Below are positions 39,143 to 50,073 of a DNA stretch of 64,000 bases, piece by piece; the stretch's first letter is position 1, and each line of letters starts with the position of its first letter. The notes beneath the pieces are model-generated. The model worked only from the letters and a program-made list of their open reading frames with translations. It did not search any database and was not told the origin of the DNA. The position numbers and the translations under genes are program-made. The stretch comes from Octopus sinensis (lineage: Eukaryota): positions 40,362,001 to 40,426,000 of the forward strand of contig NC_043008.1 in assembly GCF_006345805.1 (NCBI RefSeq), given 5' to 3'.

Positions 39143-40372
39143 ATGATTCGACTTGCGAAATGTATGATGCTCCACCTCCTAAACACAGCCTCGATCACTG
39201 ATTCCCAACACGGCTTCGTGCCGAAGAGATCATGCTTGACCAACTTACTAGTAATGGAAGAATTGGTGACGCGCATCCTCGATGATAGTGATGCTGTTGA
39301 CATCGTTTTATTGGACTTTGCCAAAGCTTTTGACTCGGTAAACCACCGCCTACTACTTGTCAAGCTTCAAGCATATAGTTTCCATCCGGATATTGTACGA
39401 TGGGTTGGTGCCTTCCTCTCAGATCGCTCCTTCCAAGTTCAAGTTAATGGTTCACGGTCCGACGTCTCCAGTGCGAGCAGTGGCGTGCCTCAAGGTTCAG
39501 TGCTTGGGCCCTTGTTGTTCTTAGTCTTCATAAATGACTTGCCCGACGGCCTCACGCAACACACCCTTCTATTTGCCGACGATATCAAACTGGTCGCTCA
39601 TCGCAGTAGTATAGAGGATCTTCGTCGATGCCTCCACCAAATTTGGAAGTGGTCTAACGATTGGGACCTGTGTCTGAACGTGTCAAAGTGCTGTCATCTG
39701 CCTGTCGGCTCTACTCCTGCAACTCAACTTGATTTCGAGCCGGGTCGTCTGCTGCTGGAGAGGACCGATCAGGTAAAGGACCTGGGTATCTTGGTGGATT
39801 CATCCTTTTCGCCTTCGGCCCAGTGCGTCCATGCTGCCAACAAAGCGCGCGGAATTCTGTTTTTGATTCGACGGTCATTCGGAATGTTCACAGCAGCCAT
39901 ATTCCTGCCACTCTATGTCACGCTGGTGAGACCCATATTGGAGTATGGGATTCAAGCCTCTTCTCCTTATCTCCTCAAAGACATACAGCATCTCGAAAGA
40001 GTCCAGAGGCTGGCTACCCGCATGGTTCATGGTCTCAAAAATTTGTCCTACGAAGAAAGGCTGAGGACGCTCGACCTTTATTCTCTTGAAAAACGCCGCC
40101 GCCGTGGTGATCTCATTCTCGCCCACAACATCATAAGCGGGAAGTGTAACCTCTCGAAAGAGCTGTTCTTCACTCCTGCTCCGGAGCGTCGGCTGCGGGG
40201 TCATTCCGAAAAGCTCTACCTGCGACGATTTCATCTCAATCGAAGGAGAGGAGCTTTCTCCGTCCGGGTTGCGGATCCGTGGAACAAGCTGCCAGACGAG
40301 ATGGTGAAGATGCCGACGACCGCTTTGTTCAAAGCCTCCCTGGACCTCAAGTGGCCTGAACTCTTTACATGA
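39143..40372 (+). CDS. CR1-type reverse transcriptase (409 aa open, N-terminally truncated)
   Basis: QHGFVPKRSCLTNLL; LDFAKAFDSVNH; SGVPQGSVLGPLLF; LFADDIKL; ERVQRLATRMV; RRRRGDLI; LRGH; WNKLP. Confidence 0.9.
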   Translation: MIRLAKCMMLHLLNTASITDSQHGFVPKRSCLTNLLVMEELVTRILDDSDAVDIVLLDFAKAFDSVNHRLLLVKLQAYSFHPDIVRWVGAFLSDRSFQVQVNGSRSDVSSASSGVPQGSVLGPLLFLVFINDLPDGLTQHTLLFADDIKLVAHRSSIEDLRRCLHQIWKWSNDWDLCLNVSKCCHLPVGSTPATQLDFEPGRLLLERTDQVKDLGILVDSSFSPSAQCVHAANKARGILFLIRRSFGMFTAAIFLPLYVTLVRPILEYGIQASSPYLLKDIQHLERVQRLATRMVHGLKNLSYEERLRTLDLYSLEKRRRRGDLILAHNIISGKCNLSKELFFTPAPERRLRGHSEKLYLRRFHLNRRRGAFSVRVADPWNKLPDEMVKMPTTALFKASLDLKWPELFT

Positions 40373-40458
40373 ACACCACCCTGTACTTAACTCCATGTCC
40401 CCCTACATGGCCTTGCTATTTGCTTTTGAGCCAAATTAACTAACTAACTAACTAACTA
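39143..40458 (+). mobile_element. 5'-truncated CR1-group LINE with (TAAC)n 3' tail
   Basis: RT ORF, short 3'UTR, tandem tail 40436-40458. Confidence 0.9.
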
Positions 40459-40790
40459 AAATACGTCGAACTATCAACTCATCATCCGATGCTTTGCAGC
40501 TTTATTATTTTCAAGAAATTGAGTGCCTTTTCCTGTGTAAACACAACCTCATCAAGTTCCATCAGAGCTTCATTTGAACTTCCCTTCATTTGAACTTTCG
40601 TCCGACTTTTGATCTCGTTGTTGCTCCCATATAGTTTTTACCCCATTTCCGATCTTGTTTTGTTACATTTTAATTTTGATATTGATATATATATATATAT
40701 ATAATTTATTGTGAATTCATATCAATGGAACAAATACTACTGTTGTCGAATTCTAATTTCAAGTTATTTAATGAGGAATTAATATGACTC

Positions 40791-40852
<62 letters not shown>

Positions 40853-40868
40853 TAGAGGAAATTATCTT

Positions 40869-40952
40869 TAAATGTAATATGGGACAATTACTTTGCATCC
40901 GAAACTCGGAGTTTTATCTTGGCTACCGAATAATTGTCACATATTACATTTA
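40869..40952. repeat. 22-bp inverted repeat with 40-nt spacer (mini fold-back/MITE-like) between (TA)n tracts
   Basis: taaatgtaatatgggacaatta / taattgtcacatattacattta, 1 mismatch. Confidence 0.75.
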
Positions 40953-40992
40953 CAGATATATATATATATATTATATATATATATATATATCA

Positions 40993-41188
40993 GTAATAAT
41001 AAAGGGTGAAATTAATTAATTTGGAATAATTATCAATTACACCAAGTAGATTTCGGCATGTAAAAGCCCCATTCGAGGAAAATTTAAGTAATACTAAGTA
41101 TTACTAATTATTACTAAGTAATAATTATTACTAAGTAATACGAAGTATTACTAAGTAATACTAATTCGTTGCTAAACCCTTAATTACT
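40993..41188 (+). repeat. Short TA-inserted element related to the 554-bp hammerhead unit; internal agtaatact/agtattact microarray
   Basis: aagggtgaaattaattaatt…caccaagtag resembles gagggtaaaattaattaatt…caccaagtat in the 554-bp unit. Confidence 0.55.
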
Positions 41189-42361
41189 ATATATATATAT
41201 ATATAAACGTTCATCTCAGAATCGTGCCTCAATATGAGGTAATTGAATATCACCTCACGTTTCATGAATTTAGATTGGAGGTAGTTGATTTTAGGAATAT
41301 TAATTTTGCTACTGACAGAGATCTTACCTCAAACTACCATGAGGTGTTAAATATTGCCCGGAATATGTTACACATACTTCTGCAATCGATATCCATCGTG
41401 TTAGCTCACTTTATATTTTCACGTCGATTCTTATAATTCATTCTTCACATTCGCTGGTTAATCTCTGCACGCGTCGTAGATTGTTTCGCAGGACGGTGGA
41501 CCGCTGATCTATGGGTTAATACGTGATGTAGATCACAATTGAGCTTAGTCTGTAAGGTAAGTGACTAAGAGGACAACCGGAGAGGAATTCGCATTTAATA
41601 GTACAGTTTTCTGTACGAGTTCTCCTGATGAATTTAAAGCGCATCGTAGAATATTCCTCATCCAGCCTACTTGCCCGTCCATGCACAATTGAATGCTTGA
41701 CAACAGCAGATCATCAGGGGAACACATTATTCTATTAACTTACAAATATGAAATGCGTCAAGCTGGAGAGATGGCAAAAGTTATAAAAGTATATCGAGAG
41801 GGTAATAAGTAGATAGTAAAGTGGAAACAAAAGAGAGAGAGGGGGTAGAGAAAGATAAAGAAAGAAGAAACATAAAAAGACGAGAGAATGAATGAATAAA
41901 TAAAACAAAAAGAATATTAAACAAAGTAAAAATCGAAACAAAGGAAAAAAATAATGTGTTAGGTATAGGGAGAAAAAGTCATGTAGATATAGAGAGATAA
42001 AGAGGAAAATTCGAAAGAGTGAGGAAGAAAAACATCGCAGAGAAACACGAGCAAGAGGAGGACGGTGATTTGCATGTGTCAGCATTTTACGTGATGTCCT
42101 AAAATTTGAATGTTTTAAAATTAAGTATTCAAAATAAATATCTACGACCAATTATACAAACAGACATTAAATATAGAGACATTAAAATGTACCTTTTAAC
42201 GTTTTTATATGCATTGTGTTCTGTTGTGTTTCAGTCTTCACCGGCAGGGGTCGCGAATAAAAAATAATTGTTGAAACATATGGAACAAATGATATGAAAT
42301 CGTCTTTATCATTTCTTTGCACAAACACATGTACACACATTTATATATATATATATATATG

Positions 42362-42410
<49 letters not shown>

Positions 42411-42514
42411 TATATGTATGTATGTGAGTGTGTGTGTGCGTGTGTGTGCGTGTGTGTGAGAGTGTATGATTGCTTGTTTGCGTGTGTCTGTACGTGTGTT
42501 TATATATATATGTA

Positions 42515-42554
<40 letters not shown>

Positions 42555-42556
<2 letters not shown>

Positions 42557-42736
42557 TAATATTGAGGGGTTAGCAAAAGAAATGCATCACCACATACCGA
42601 AGTTCAGAAATAGCAGCCAAAATCTCAATATTAGTATTACTAGAATTTACCGTATAACGGTCCTATTTTCATACCGAATTCTACTTGGTGAAATTTATTG
42701 ATTACTTCGTAATTAATTAGTTTTACCCTTAATTGC

Positions 42737-42737
<1 letters not shown>
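42555..42737 (-). repeat. Short TA-inserted element of the same family, opposite orientation
   Basis: cataccgaagttcagaaatagcagc and acttggtgaaattt…tttacccttaattgct match unit segments. Confidence 0.55.
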
Positions 42738-42795
<58 letters not shown>

Positions 42796-45700
42796 GTGTG
42801 TGTGTGTGTATGTGTGTGTGTATAAAAGCTAGAACGTATAAACATACGCAAACATAAACACATATATGTATGGATGTATTTATAGACAAACTGATAACTG
42901 AGTTAACTACATACTATACTTCAATTTCTATGTTTTGCAGCTCAAAATATAATATATAATACGTTATTTCATTTATGGTGAAAGACTACATCAATAATGT
43001 AAGACTTTAGTGTTCGGAGAAAGAGGGCAAAACAGTTGTAAAGTTCATATAATACGTATTGAGATAAAACTTATTGAATAAAATAGCAGCAAGATTCCTA
43101 GTGAGAACATAAATCTTCAAATGTTCTTGGAGCCAATGGAAGATATGCTCATATTTATAAAGCACATTTAGATGAGTTCTGTCACGAAATTTCATCGATG
43201 CAAATATCACACATCGCTTGAAATTAAGATGTTTCCTTCATATGGAATATTATAACGCGACAACGTTGGAAATGTATGGTCGTTAAGAGTGATTCCTTGT
43301 TTGATATCATTTATTAACGGAAAGAAATATCCCTCTATATCATATCTGTCTCTGTTGATAAATCAACCCATTATGTAGAATATCCCTTAAGATATTCATA
43401 TGAAACATAGTAATTATATTTCAGAAATTCTTGCACACGTACTGCAAAAATATAGCATTATAATACTTCAAAAAATAGTTTGCCATGTGTTTATCCTTCG
43501 ACTTTGACTTGGAGGTGTAGAAAAGTTGTAATTTTACACTTTATTTCTGTCGTATAAGCGAATATGACTCATATTACATTTTGATGGTCTTAATTTCAAT
43601 AAAGGCAAACGAGATGTGTAATTCAAAATAGTTCATAACAGGAACGTAGCAGTAGGGTCTTAAAAGCTACGCCTTCAATTTTGCGTGTGTTACTTCTGTT
43701 TATTGAAGGGGGAAATGTTCGATAGTTCTGTCAATTATTACTATTTTCCAATATACTTTGTATTTGATATTTATTCACTACACTGCTTATGATTTCAAAT
43801 TCAAATATTAGACTCACTAAACCGATACACAGTAATCGAACTCTAAGAACTAAATAAGCATTCGAACGAATATAGATATTGTTTTTATTTATGATTCCTA
43901 TATCATGACCAAAGTTTTAAATTAAATGTAGCATATATGAAAACAAAGTTGAAGTAGATCTTCATTAAGTTTCGTTATGACATCAATCAATGGGTCGTTC
44001 ATAAAAGTCATTGTTGTTATGAATAGGAAAGTGATTCGCTTTTGCGTCGCTATATTGACATGCAAAATCGATGAGCTGCGACGAACTGATGGAAATAAAT
44101 ATTTAATAAATATGTGATGTTACAAAAAGTTATATATGCAATAACTATTATTTAAATCATCCTCATTCGCGTAAAACCACCAGGATTTTCCCCCACCGTA
44201 TATGTACATACGGTGATTACTGATATTTAATCATAGTCCTGAACATTAGTTTAATGAAAACTTTAGAGGTTAACGAAAACTTTACGAAATACACGAGAGC
44301 GTACAATGCGCTCGGTCTCAGGCTGTGATGAAAGAATCAAGTATGAGGTAATTATTAAGTACCTTTTCTTTAGTTATCTTGGAAAATGGAAGTACTGCGG
44401 GAAAGAAGGTAAATTATTAAGACAAATGGGGATAGAAACCAGCAGCTGTAAATCAAAATCAATAAGATTAGGTTTACTTTGCTGCTATAAAACATCGATA
44501 CAGTGTAAATTGGTTCGTGATAAATCTGCATAAACTTGGCTCCTGCTGTACTGATCATTAATCTCAGAAAGATCGTAAAATAAGGAGCATTGTCATGATT
44601 CTTCATTTCCCCTTTTCCATTTTTTTCCACAACTGTCTCCTCGTAATATTCTCATCTAATACCACCATTACTACTAATGACATTACTACTAACACTATTA
44701 CTAATACTATTACTACTAATAGGTGATATTAGATATCAGTACCTGCCTAGAACTTTATTCTATCGAACCCTGAAAGATGAAAGTCAACATTGTTCTCGGT
44801 AGGCCTTCAACTCTGTACGTATACGTAAATTGTATGGATAAATACAGCGAGGTAATTTTCCAAACGCAAGTAAATTATAAATTCTCTCAAATAACATGAG
44901 AATAGCCTCGAAAAACGAATATATTCAAAAATATATAACTATACGAAAAGACGGAATAGTTAAGTCAAAACGTGAACGAAACGTATAAGAAAATACATAT
45001 TCTTCACTCAACGGGCGCTGGACGGAATAAAAATGATGTTACGATAAATAAGAACATTTGCATTCATCTCAGTATTCTATAGTTCCTCTCACGCTTTTAC
45101 CTTCACGCTAACACTCATTCCCTACTTTCTAAGAGATTTGAAATATTCCATTGGTCAAAAATAAAATAAAACTGTGTACTCATCAATCCATCGTAAAATT
45201 TCAGATCGACGTTTAAAGCTTTTTTCTTACGAATTCCATCCATAATGAGTTCTGGGCCATTACATTTACCCAGGGATGACGGTGTGGATGTAATAGATAC
45301 ACATAACAATATTTCATGAAGTAATGCGAGTCAAAAACATTTAGCTTTACAGAGCAAAATATATTGAATTCATCTAGAACCAGTAATTATTTCACCACTT
45401 ATTTACATCTATTAAAATAATAGAATTGTCATTCTAACACTCATAACATTAATTTAGGACAAAAAAATTACGTTTCTCCCACATGCCCCCCCTCTCTCTC
45501 TCTCCCTCTCTATTACATATATGTGAGTGTGTGTCATTTAATATTTCCCTTAGGCACTGTGATGCCAATAATCTAGTGCGTAACTCTATATACACTGGGG
45601 AAGCAGATTGCCCCTCAGGTCTGAGGTTCTGACGGAGCTATACTGTCCTGCTCAGGCACTCGAGTATGATTCTACCTCATCATATAGAAGAAAGTAATGA

Positions 45701-47288
45701 AATCCATCGTTTATTCTTCTGTAATCTCTTTTTTTTTTCTTGTATGTATTTATGCATCTATGTATGCTGTTATTCAGTTTTATTTCTAGATTTCTTGCTA
45801 ACAGAGAGTCGGTTTGTAACCTAGATCAAAGGCTCCTTTGGGAATACATCAACAACAGGGTATTTTTGTTTGTTTGTATGTATATGAGCATATCCGTTTG
45901 TTTTGTTTTAAGTAATATATACTTATGAATATAGTTGCATATGTAGACATGGTCACATATATTTCTATTGATAAAATTCTGGAAAGTCTCACACAGTTTT
46001 ACAGTTCCAGTGAAAGATTGGATCTGTAGTCTTCAAATTAATATTCTCTTTTCTGGTTTGAGAAACCTGATTTCTCAAGATCGCTATTTAGGCAGTGCGT
46101 TACATATCCCAGGATCCCAATAATATCTACGTATGGATGTATGTATGCTTGCATGTATGTATAGGTGCATATATATGTGTGCTTATATACATGTGTGTGT
46201 GTGTGTGTGTGTGTGTATATGCATTTATGTATATATAGAATTCAATTATGTGTCACCCTTTTATGCTTTATTCAGCCAATGGATACCTACCAATTCTGCA
46301 GCAATACTCGAATTTCAGAAACATAATGAAAGGATCGCTAATGATCTGCAATATAAGTGGCAACATGCAGAGGCCTACGTTCCGTTACGTGAAATAACTG
46401 AATGAGTTAAAAAAAAACAAAAGTAAAAATGAAAACCTGGAATGAGTTGAAATTTAACATGAATTGGAAATGAGAAATCTCATCTACTGCTTAAAACATT
46501 ATGAGAATTACATCCAGTTAGTGTACATAAGCAAAAATTCTAAGATTCATTATTTACATATGCTCTATGTACGAACATCTGGACATTTGTGCAAATGGAA
46601 AATAAAATATATTCTCATTTAATTTCCAAAGTATAAGATGGAAATGGTTATCTATGAAATTCAAGTTAAAATATACAATTCTAAATCCCAAACAAGACCG
46701 GCTATGGTTAACATAATTTATAACGACAACTCCCTATCTACCTATGGTCACATTACACGTTTCTTTAAACAGCTGTAAATAGTGAAAGATTTAAAACAAT
46801 ACGAAATCAGTTCTCTTAAGGTATTACTGAAGTAATTGATATTCTTTGATCCTAGTAAACGTGCTTTTAATACTGTGACTGTAATAAAATATTTCTAGAA
46901 AAAGATATAAATATGTATGTGTATATATGCATACAGTTATTTGCGCGCGTGTGTTTGTTTTTATCGAGATAACTATTTTATGTATTGGATCAGAACATCA
47001 TAGAGTAAATAATTAATGTGCTTTTGCTTATAATGTTCCATTATTAAGTATTTAGTTTCCTACTTGAACAGTTACTATGGTCTGCAGATGATCCATGTAA
47101 GCACGACGTCACTTTTTTTTATATTACAAATCATGTAAGTGAATTATGTGAATTATGTAAAATATCTAAATATATTGTGTCTTACATAGCCTTATCGTGT
47201 GTTATATTTAATTGGAGATTCGCTTAATCGAAAGCATTACGTGAATAGAAGTTTTATATATATATAGAAAATAATATTTAGATGCACA

Positions 47289-47328
<40 letters not shown>

Positions 47329-47362
47329 ATATACATATGTATACACGGACATGCACACACAT

Positions 47363-47426
<64 letters not shown>

Positions 47427-47847
47427 GTGTAATGTGCGTATGTGTGTGTAGTTTTCATGCATGTCTTACTCATTCTAATTTTAAATTCATTTTCACTAGC
47501 AACCTACATGTTAGCATTTTATTGAGGAAACCATCTTGTTTTAACAATTATTTTTAAAACGTAAATATTTCTTGCAGACATTTAGTCTCGGGTATCTTGA
47601 TGATTTCTCATAAGTGTGTACGTATATATAAATAAATAAATATATATATATATATATATTATATAAAAGGGCTTAGTAAAATAAATTACTTTGCCGCATA
47701 CTGAACTCATTAGAAATAGCAGCTAAAAAAAACTTTTTTAAAACTATTTCTAATACTTAAAGAAAACCTCTCTCATATAGTGTTTGCTCAATTCAACTCA
47801 CGCAAGTATGGGGGTAGAGACATTAAAAAATCAAGTGCAAAGGTTAT

Positions 47848-47900
47848 TGAGAACGTACGTTTCAAGATTAGTCAAATTCGACATTTCTATCATCAGCTCA
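47848..47900 (-). ncRNA. Type I hammerhead ribozyme (predicted), unit 1
   Basis: Minus strand TGAG-CTGATGA-tagaaatgtcgaatttgactaatctt-GAAAC-GTAC-GTT|CTCA; stem III is the perfect palindrome AACGTACGTT. Confidence 0.75.
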
Positions 47901-48401
47901 GAAACCCCTGGTTTGGATTTGAAAACACTGAAAGTAGGAGCATACCCTTTCGGCTTCTCTCGCTTCCGAAGATCTGCTCGTAACTAACAGTGCCAACAAA
48001 CTCAAAAATGCAAGCGAGAATTTCTGCTCTCCCCTTTCCACCAGCGTGGGTAAAATCAGTAAACACTATGCTTTTTTCGGTAAAATCCGCGGCATTTTAT
48101 AGAGAGAGATGAATTATAATTTCAACAATTGAGGGTAAAATTAATTAATTAATCATTTCACCAAGTATTCAGTATGCAAGGGACCATTTAAGGCGAATTC
48201 AAATTATTACATTATATAAAAGGGCTTAGTAAAATAAATTACTTTGCCGCATACTGAACTCATTAGAAATAGCAGCTAAAAAAAACTTTTTTAAAACTAT
48301 TTCTAATACTTAAAGAAAACCTCTCTCATATAGTGTTTGCTCAATTCAACTCACGCAAGTATGGGGGTAGAGACATTAAAAAATCAAGTGCAAAGGTTAT
48401 T

Positions 48402-48454
48402 TGAGAACGTACGTTTCAAGATTAGTCAAATTCGACATTTCTATCATCAGCTCA
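48402..48454 (-). ncRNA. Type I hammerhead ribozyme (predicted), unit 2
   Basis: Identical to the unit 1 motif; predicted cleavage sites are 554 nt apart. Confidence 0.75.
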
Positions 48455-49191
48455 GAACTCCCTGGTTTGGATTTGAAAACACTGAAAGTAGGAGCATACC
48501 CTTTCGGCTTCCTCTCGCTTCCGAAGATCTGCTCGTAACTAACAGTGCCAACAAACTCAAAAATGCAAGCGAAGAATTTCTGCTCTCCCCTTTCCACCAG
48601 CGTGGGTTAAAATCAGTAAACACTATGCTTTTTTCGGTAAAATCCGCGGCATTTTATAGAGAGAGATGAATTATAATTTCAACAATTGAGGGTAAAATTA
48701 ATTAATTAATCAATTTCACCAAGTATTCAGTATGCAAAGGGACCAGTTAAGGCGAATTCAAATTATTACATTATATAAAAGGGCTTAGTAAAATAAATTA
48801 CTTTGTCGCATACTGAACTCATTAGAAATAGCAGCTAAAAAAAACTTTTTTAAAACTATTTCTAATACTGTCGAATTTGACTAATCTTGAAACGTACGTT
48901 CTCAAATAACCTTTGCACTTGATTTTTTAATGTCTCTACCCCCATACTTGCGTGAGTTGAATTGAGCAAACACTATATGAGAGAGGTTTTCTTTAAGTAT
49001 TAGAAATAGTTTTAAAAAAGTTTTTTTTAGCTGCTATTTCTAATGATTCAGTATGCGGCAAAGTAATTTATTTTACTAAGCCCTTTATATAATGTAATAA
49101 TTTGAATTCGCCTTAAATGGTCCCTTTGCATACTGAATACTTGGTAAAATTGATTAATTAATTAACTTTACCCTCAATTGTTGAAATTATA

Positions 49192-49222
<31 letters not shown>

Positions 49223-49877
49223 ATATATATTATATTATATATATATATATATATACGTAGTTGTCAAGCTGAAGTTATATATATATAAGTTCAGTAAAAT
49301 TTAGATTCACTTGATTATGGTACTTAAGTTAAAGGTACCCTAACTTAGTATGGTATTATTCATATAATTGAAAATGGAGTGATAATAATCAAAATAAGCA
49401 ACAAGGATATCCAATTAAATGGAATCACATGAAACGATCGTACTGCATTACCTCTGGATATCCTTTTCTTGGATATAAATGTTTTAACTTCAGCTTGACA
49501 ACTTATAGGCACACTTTTCTAAACATACATTATATTGCTTGGTGCCTGTTCATTATTTTTATATCAACTATAACTGCTACAATTGTTGAAAACATCATTG
49601 ATATTGAAGTGGTGAAGGTAATTGAAATATGGAAGTTAAACCAGACATCTAGAATCTTGAAACTTGACCTCTTTATCTTCGGAATTCCAATAAGATTATT
49701 ACAGATTTGAATTCATTCACTATCCCTATGTGTATATACGCGTTTCTAGGTTATATTGACATATTATATACATTTTCGATTCCACGTATATATTGAAGAA
49801 CAGTTTGTCGAATTCTGGATAGATACTAAATTGCAGATTTCATGATGGGATAATTTTTGGTACGCACACACACACAC

Positions 49878-49882
49878 ATCTA

Positions 49883-49968
<86 letters not shown>
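49878..49968. repeat. (ATCT)n tetranucleotide array
   Basis: Directly visible. Confidence 0.95.
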
Positions 49969-50024
49969 GCTATCTACATATATATATATATATAATATAT
50001 ATATATATATAATTATATATATAT

Positions 50025-50073
<49 letters not shown>

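Larger units (their letters stand above)
47659..49193 (-). mobile_element. Tandem array of ~554-559-bp hammerhead-containing units (47659-48211, 48212-48770, partial 48771-48868) plus inverted segment 48869-49193; flanked by (TA)n
   Basis: Units differ mainly by six 1-nt indels and a few substitutions; the inverted copy spans a unit junction. Confidence 0.9.

Noticed and set aside
41095-41165. Short repeated units resembling a CRISPR or regulatory array
   Set aside because: Eukaryotic context, 9-nt palindromic microrepeats and no unique spacers; no CRISPR, rRNA or intact tRNA gene was seen in the window
41492-41556. Exon-like segment with perfect AAG|GTAAGT donor
   Set aside because: Stops in all three frames; no support beyond the splice-like strings
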